64,000 nt of DNA, from positions 32,001-96,000 of the IMG/VR virus record IMGVR_UViG_3300001605_000008; one strand, written 5' to 3'. The notes under the pieces were generated by a model. It did no database searches. It had not been told where the DNA came from and saw only the letters and a program-made list of their open reading frames with translations. Below, one piece after another: positions 58,903 to 64,000 of this stretch; positions within the stretch are counted from its first letter, which is position 1; every line of letters starts with the position of its first letter. The DNA comes from a virus. A program made the translations under genes and the position numbers.

Positions 58903-59996
58903 TTACAATCCTGCCAGGCGCTTGATGTCGATCACATTGCTGCGATCTTCTTCCACTGCCTTGACATTTTTATCACCAGTCACTGCCACATGGCTTTCAG
59001 AGATCACCGATTTAGCTTTCACTGAACGGCCTTCTGCGAGAACGGCTGGTAGATACTTTTCAAAAGCGTTTTTCAAACGTGAAGTTTGTACGCTTTCGAG
59101 GAGGTTCTTCATGACTTCGCGCTTCTCTTGATTGAGAGGTGCGAGCAGTTCTTCCATGGCGCTTTCGCGCTGATTGGATTCACGTATCATGCGAATCTCA
59201 CGCTCTTTGCTTTCCACCAAGACCTGTGCTGATTCAGCGGCCTGGATGGATTCAGCTAACTGCTGATCTTTCTCAGCGATGGCCTGGCGCAAGCTGCGTA
59301 CTTCGGCATTTTCGTTGAGATGGGTAGACCCAAATTCCGCAGCGTAGGCTTCGAATATACGGCGTCCAAAGTTGTTTTCGCGTGCGTATCTTGATGTCTT
59401 CATGCAGTTGTGATAGTTCGGCTTTTAGATGCTGGCTAACAGCCTGGGTCATTTTTGCAGCGCTTTACGTTTTACAAAACGTCGACTTCAATGACTCAAG
59501 TTTGCCACGGGCTTCGCTTACCAGGCGTACCTTGGTCTCAACCAAGTCACGCTTGTCTTGTGCAAATTCCGTGATCTCACTGGCCAAGGCACGCACCTAC
59601 GAACTTCTCGAGCTTTTCGAGACTTTCATTGTGTGTGCGACGGTCTTTTCTCAGTTCGCCAATCTCTTCGGCCAATTTGGTGACCATGAAGTCGTTGAAC
59701 TTCGTGGCTGATTCCTTCATCTTGGCTTGGAAACGCACGCGATCTTCGGCCAGTTGTTGCTTTTCAGCAGCCACGGCCTGGATCTCTGAGGTGAGTCCTT
59801 CTGTTACCATGCGATCTAGGGCTTCAACCATCACTGTTTTGTCATGCTCATAGCGTTGTGCAAACTCTTCGCGGAGTTCTGCACGCACTTCTTCACGAGC
59901 TTCCGTGAGCTTGGCTTCCCAGGCTTCAGAAATCTCTTGACGAGTGTCCTCATTGATGAGGTCGCTATCTAGTAAAGGTTTGAGTGCATCAAACAT
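58903..59996 (-). CDS. gp22: Prohead scaffold/core protein, several frameshifts at about 59380-59600
   Basis: Coiled-coil ORFs 59577-59996 and 58903-59403 plus a third-frame bridge (EITEFAQDKRDLVETKVRLV); position between gp21 and gp23. Confidence 0.85.
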
Positions 59997-60005
59997 GTAT
60001 TTCTC

Positions 60006-60630
60006 CTAGATTTTGAGATCCCTGATCAGGCGTTTTACTTCCTCTTTCAGGTATCTCTGTACTTTGCTGTCCTCTCCGGCTTCGCGTGCGATTTCCATCG
60101 CACGAGCACCATAACGCATGTTCATCAAGCCTTCATAAATGGCTTTGGGATATGCATTGGGTGCGGCTGGGTTGGGCAACCACATCGACAGTGACTATTT
60201 CAAAGTCACTGACATGTCCGTTGGCCTCGTTGACGTTTCCGCTTCCTCGGCTCGAAACTCCTAGCTTCACGCCCGACTCCAGCATGGTCTTCACCAGCTG
60301 GCCCATGGGTGTGGGCAGGATTTTTAACTTTCCAAATCCGTTGGGACCATCCATCCACATTTCTGTGATCATATGGCTCACACGGTCCAGGTTTACTTTG
60401 AGATCATCGGGATGATCTACTTCGCCCAGTACCGAGTATCCTGACACGATCTGCTCGTTCAGCGTTTTCACGGCTTTCTCGATCTCGTTCACAGGATACA
60501 CACGCTCGTTGGCATTTTTCACACCACCTTGGATGCAGATGCCTTTCATGTAGAGATCCTTGCCTTCGGTGCCCTCTACAACTATGCGAGCAGCATCAAA
60601 GGTAAGGTTTTCTCTGAGGTAAAGAGCCAT
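60006..60630 (-). CDS. gp21: Prohead protease, one extra C near 60165
   Basis: NANERVYP, LGEVDHP, LGVSSRGSG, DVVAQPS; the shifted frame gives APNAYPKAIYE...RDLKI-stop at 60006. Confidence 0.92.
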
Positions 60631-60643
60631 TTACCGGATCCCT

Positions 60644-61480
60644 TTACTGCTTAGGCAGTGGTGATTTGGTGTTTACACCCGAGGCCTGGGCCAGGTGTGG
60701 CTTGACAGCGGGCTTGGGCTCTTGCGTGCTTTGTGCAGGAGTGTTGCCTACTTTACCAATAGCATCTTTTGCTGTGGGAGCAGGACGGCCTTGTGCTGTG
60801 TCACCGGTCATTTTTACTGGATGTGCCATGGCACCCTTGGCGCCTGCGTTGGCTGCCACAGGTGACTTGTTGTTGGCACCGTTGTCGCCGTGAGTGGGCT
60901 TGGGCACTGCTTTCAAGCTGACGTTTTCTTCCATGGGCATGCGATAGCCTTCGGTTTCAACTTCGTCATCAGCGACTTCAATGTCGGTCATGCCGTCATC
61001 GCTGTCAACTTCTACATCCATGTCCATGTCGGTATCTGTATCTTCAGCACCAGCATCGTCACCCATGAGAGCTTCAAACTCTGCCATGAGCTCGTCCAGC
61101 TTGTCTTCGAGGTCTACAACACGATCTTCGATGTCAGCATCGGCCATATCGTCGTCCATGGCCATTTCTGCTTCGTCGGCGCCTTCGCCTTCAAAAGGCA
61201 GGCCTTCTTCTTCTACTTCGATATCGTCGATGAGGTCATCGGCTTGATCGCCGCCCAAGCCTTCATCCATTTTGTCTTTTTTGTCATCATACTCGATGTC
61301 TTTGGTGACTTTTTCGCCGGCTTTCTCGGCTTTGTCATCTTCTTCATCGGTAGATTCTTCAGCCATCATTTCTTCATAGATCTGGCGGCTTTTTTCCACG
61401 ACGATGTCATGGAACAGTTCACGGGCTTTCGCCTCTTCATCATTGATCACAAACTCGATCAGTTGTTCAAATTTATTCAT
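60644..61480 (-). CDS. Acidic prohead core-associated protein (gp67/gp68 position)
   Basis: ARELFHDIVVEKSRQIYE, very acidic middle, Pro/Lys/Ala tail; between portal and protease. Confidence 0.65.
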   Translation of the reverse strand: MNKFEQLIEFVINDEEAKARELFHDIVVEKSRQIYEEMMAEESTDEEDDKAEKAGEKVTKDIEYDDKKDKMDEGLGGDQADDLIDDIEVEEEGLPFEGEGADEAEMAMDDDMADADIEDRVVDLEDKLDELMAEFEALMGDDAGAEDTDTDMDMDVEVDSDDGMTDIEVADDEVETEGYRMPMEENVSLKAVPKPTHGDNGANNKSPVAANAGAKGAMAHPVKMTGDTAQGRPAPTAKDAIGKVGNTPAQSTQEPKPAVKPHLAQASGVNTKSPLPKQ

Positions 61481-61579
61481 GAGTCCCTCCAAGGTAATTG
61501 GCTCTGTTGTCTATTTAACAGATTGGAGTTTTTTAGTGGTTTTTACCGGAGATTATTGGTGATTTTGGCGCGGATCGGC

Positions 61580-61798
61580 CTAGATCATGGGCTGGGCAGG
61601 TGGTGCATACTGCTTTTGGATTTTCTTGAGCTGTTCTTTGAACTCATATGCCCTGACATCATTCATCTGGCGCAGCTTGTTGAGCTGGCGGAGCGTGAGC
61701 TTGGTCTTGCGCAGTTCGCCCAGGCGTGGCTGGGAATTGTCCTGTGCGACGTCCTGGTAGGCTTCGGGCGATCGTTCGTAGAGCTCATTGAGTATCAT
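61580..61798 (-). CDS. Small head-associated protein (MILNELYE)
   Basis: 72-aa ORF 5 nt after TAAATA. Confidence 0.7.
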   Translation of the reverse strand: MILNELYERSPEAYQDVAQDNSQPRLGELRKTKLTLRQLNKLRQMNDVRAYEFKEQLKKIQKQYAPPAQPMI

Positions 61799-61806
61799 AG
61801 AGATAT

Positions 61807-63602
61807 TTAGCCCAGACCGGGTGCACCACCACCGCCGGGTGCGGCACCGCCGGGAGTGACAGCAGCGCCGGGCTGTTGTCCCGTAGCAGCTCCAGGTTCA
61901 CCCATGGGCATTTCTCCACCTGGAGCAGCAAACTCTTCTCCGGTGGCGATGTCAGCTTCCAGGCTGGCCGGTGAAATACCCACGGATCTCAGATCTTGTC
62001 CTGTGGCTGTGGCGGGTTCCGGAGATGATCTCTCTTCGTGCCAGAGTTCAGAGTTCTCTGTGATCTCTTCTTCGGTGAGTCCTAGATACCGCTTCATGAT
62101 GAATCTCTTGCTGAGATATGGCACAGCGTCCATGGCCTGGAAAGTGTTCACACGGGCCACATCCAGCTCAGACTCGCGATAAGCAGCAAAGTTCTGGGGT
62201 GGATTAAACGTGATGGTAAACAATCCAGAGTCAATGTTGAAGCCACGCCAGCGCATGAACATCTTGAACTCATCGTCAAGTTTCTGCACGATCAAGCGCT
62301 GCAAGCGCTCGCAGTACTGATTGAAACGATATTCTTGTATCAGGGCTGTGCCTACGCGACCATCATTTACTGCCCGATCAGAATCATCCGGTCCCGTGGG
62401 TAGATAGCTGGAAGGCACACGCAGTCCGCGGCACATCTTGTTGTTGAAGTATTTTAAGTCATCAATCTCGCCAAGATTTGATCCTCCGGGCAAGACTTCC
62501 ACTGATGAGCCACGTCCATCAGCGGTCTGGGGGAAAAAGTAATCTTCGTTGATACTCAGGGGATTGTAACTGGAATCCATGATGTGCTGGCCACCACCGT
62601 TGTGGCTGGGTATGCGCCGCTGATGTATTTCATTTTTGACCCGTTCTACAAACTGCATGGCCATGTGGCTAGGCATGTTGCCCACGTCAATCTTGAACAT
62701 CCTGCGTTCTGGAGCACGTGCCACACGATAGATCAGCACAGCATCTTCCAAGAGCTCTTTTTGTTTGAATACTTTGAATATGGTCTCCAGCACACTCATG
62801 CCAAATGGCCAGTAAAAATCTAAGCCTTCGCTTAAACTGAGATGCACCACGTGCTTGGCATCCAACACTGTTTCGTTCATGGCTGCAGCAAATCTGCTCA
62901 GGCCAGATCCACCAGCACCGCCTGCTGAATTAGGCACTGTGTAGTTGTAGGGCTGTGTGTATCCCGAACTGGGCGGGTTGGATTGATAGTCTGACGTGGT
63001 TTTTACAGCCACACTCAGATTTTGGAAGTTGGGATTGATGTCGCGGATCACATACTGCTCTGGGCGCTTGCCTTCTGACTCATTGACGATCACACGGGCT
63101 ACCTTGGTCATGTCTACCCAGTACAGCTCAAATGTTTCGGGATCACGCACAAAAATCTGATCGCCGTACTTGATGGTGTTGCGGAATATGCGGAATATCC
63201 TCTGATCCAGCTGGTTCAGCTTGATCCACTGCTGCAGTTGCTTCTTGATGATCTCTACTTCATGATCCGTGGGCTTGTCGTTGTAGCGCACTTCAAACGG
63301 CAGTATTGGTTTGGGTATCGGCTTGAGTGGAAAATTCTGACAGGTATGTCCAGGCAAGCATTGATCTCTGCATCCATGTCCATGTTTTCGTACTGGTTAT
63401 AGCGTTCAATACGATTGGGGTGTCCGGTATAGACTTCGGGCAGGCGGCTGGCATAGTTGCGATACACCACTTCAGCATGATTGGCCAAGGGGTCACGGCC
63501 GTCGTTGCGACCGTATCCCGGCAAGCCTTGGGCTGTGCCGCCTGAAAGCGGACTGAGTTGACCGCTGGCATCAGCGACCTTGAAGTATTTTTTCCAAGAC
63601 AT
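61807..63602 (-). CDS. gp20: Portal protein, indels at about 63300-63360
   Basis: RAPERRMFKIDVGNMP, EDYFFP, GEIDDLKYF, ALRVPSSYL-like LRVPSSYL, IQEYRF; N-terminal ORF 63255-63602 (RYNQYENMD..EINACLD). Confidence 0.93.
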
Positions 63603-63632
63603 ATAGTTCCTTGACTAGTGGTATATTTACCG

Positions 63633-64000
63633 CTAGGCCTGACTCACCTGCAGAATGCGTTGACTTACCGAAGTCTGAGCACGCAGGGCTGAGATCATTT
63701 CATCCATTTTGCCCAGCTGCTGGCCCAGGATCCCCAGCTGGCGATCCATGTTGATCTGCATGCCCGACATTTCCACGGGTATGGTATTGCCATTGGGCAA
63801 AGGAACCACTGCTTCATTTCCGTGCAGCACGGTACTATATCCAGATTTTGGACCTGAGGCTATACCGCCAAACTGATAACCACCGCCTCCGGTGATTTTG
63901 CTAAAATGTTTGCGGAGTCCTTCGGCAGTTTGATATTGCGAAAGATTATTTTTCTCCAACCAATCTTTGGGAATTAGACGGTCAAGCGGCATGGAACCCG
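63633..64000 (-). CDS. C-terminal fragment of a large tail protein (tape-measure/baseplate-hub-like), starts outside the window
   Basis: GGIASGPKSGYSTVLHGNEAVVPLP motif; frame is open to the right edge. Confidence 0.55.
   Translation of the reverse strand, partial: GSMPLDRLIPKDWLEKNNLSQYQTAEGLRKHFSKITGGGGYQFGGIASGPKSGYSTVLHGNEAVVPLPNGNTIPVEMSGMQINMDRQLGILGQQLGKMDEMISALRAQTSVSQRILQVSQA

Larger units (their letters stand above)
504..63629. promoter_or_regulatory. Recurrent TAAATA late-promoter motif (T4 gp55-type TATAAATA variant)
   Basis: Found just upstream of starts at 504, 1244, 1266, 13298, 15181, 17406, 23843, 24367, 26957, 30445, 30506, 33071, 34521, 50080, 51893, 53261, 54543, 54579, 56444, 56860, 57563, 61512, 61804 and 63624. 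Confidence 0.8.

Noticed and set aside
60890-61810. 306-aa plus-strand hydrophobic ORF
   Set aside because: Antisense to acidic head genes; Phe/Ile/Val richness follows from reversed GAA/GAT/GAC codons.
58903-63602. Programmed frameshifting or stop-codon recoding in head genes
   Set aside because: Breaks are irregular single-base insertions without slippery heptamers; bridging frames contain mixed stops; intact genes end in TAA, TAG and TGA, consistent with the standard code.
1-64000. tRNA, rRNA, group I intron or intein
   Set aside because: No cloverleaf or rRNA-like segment recognised; intergenic gaps are short; terminase, UvsX and capsid have normal lengths.
1-64000. Bacterial chromosome or prophage interpretation
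   Set aside because: No host housekeeping genes, integrase or att site; the whole window has T4-like lytic gene content and late-promoter grammar.

Overview
This window is a segment of a large T4-like contractile-tailed dsDNA phage (myovirus, diverged from T4). Most genes are on the minus strand. It holds the head module (portal gp20, protease gp21, scaffold gp22, major capsid gp23), packaging genes (gp16-like, gp17, gp4), neck and tail genes (gp13, gp14, gp15, gp18, gp19), a roughly 15-kb fibre cluster including a 2719-aa protein built from 17-residue GNVTGGN repeats, recombination genes (gp32, uvsX, uvsY), nucleotide-metabolism genes and two GIY-YIG/NUMOD3 homing endonucleases. The most notable accessory content is a large glycan-building and tailoring kit: several glycosyltransferases, an HldE/TagD-type nucleotidyltransferase-cupin fusion, a pyruvyltransferase, two methyltransferases, a sulfotransferase, two radical SAM enzymes and an SDR. 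Two CstII/Maf-like transferases and a TPR-GT-B protein bracket the fibre genes, which suggests a phage-encoded virion glycosylation system (inference). Other patterns seen directly are a TAAATA late-promoter motif lying exactly 5 nt before many ATGs (predicted leaderless mRNAs), small head-region proteins with T4 capsid-targeting-like N-termini and a shared LAG[LVI] helix, and a structured 5' leader at 54451-54540. At least seven genes, including essential ones, carry single-base indels that are most likely assembly errors. No tRNA, rRNA or CRISPR array was recognised. All family assignments come from motif recognition by eye, not from database searches.
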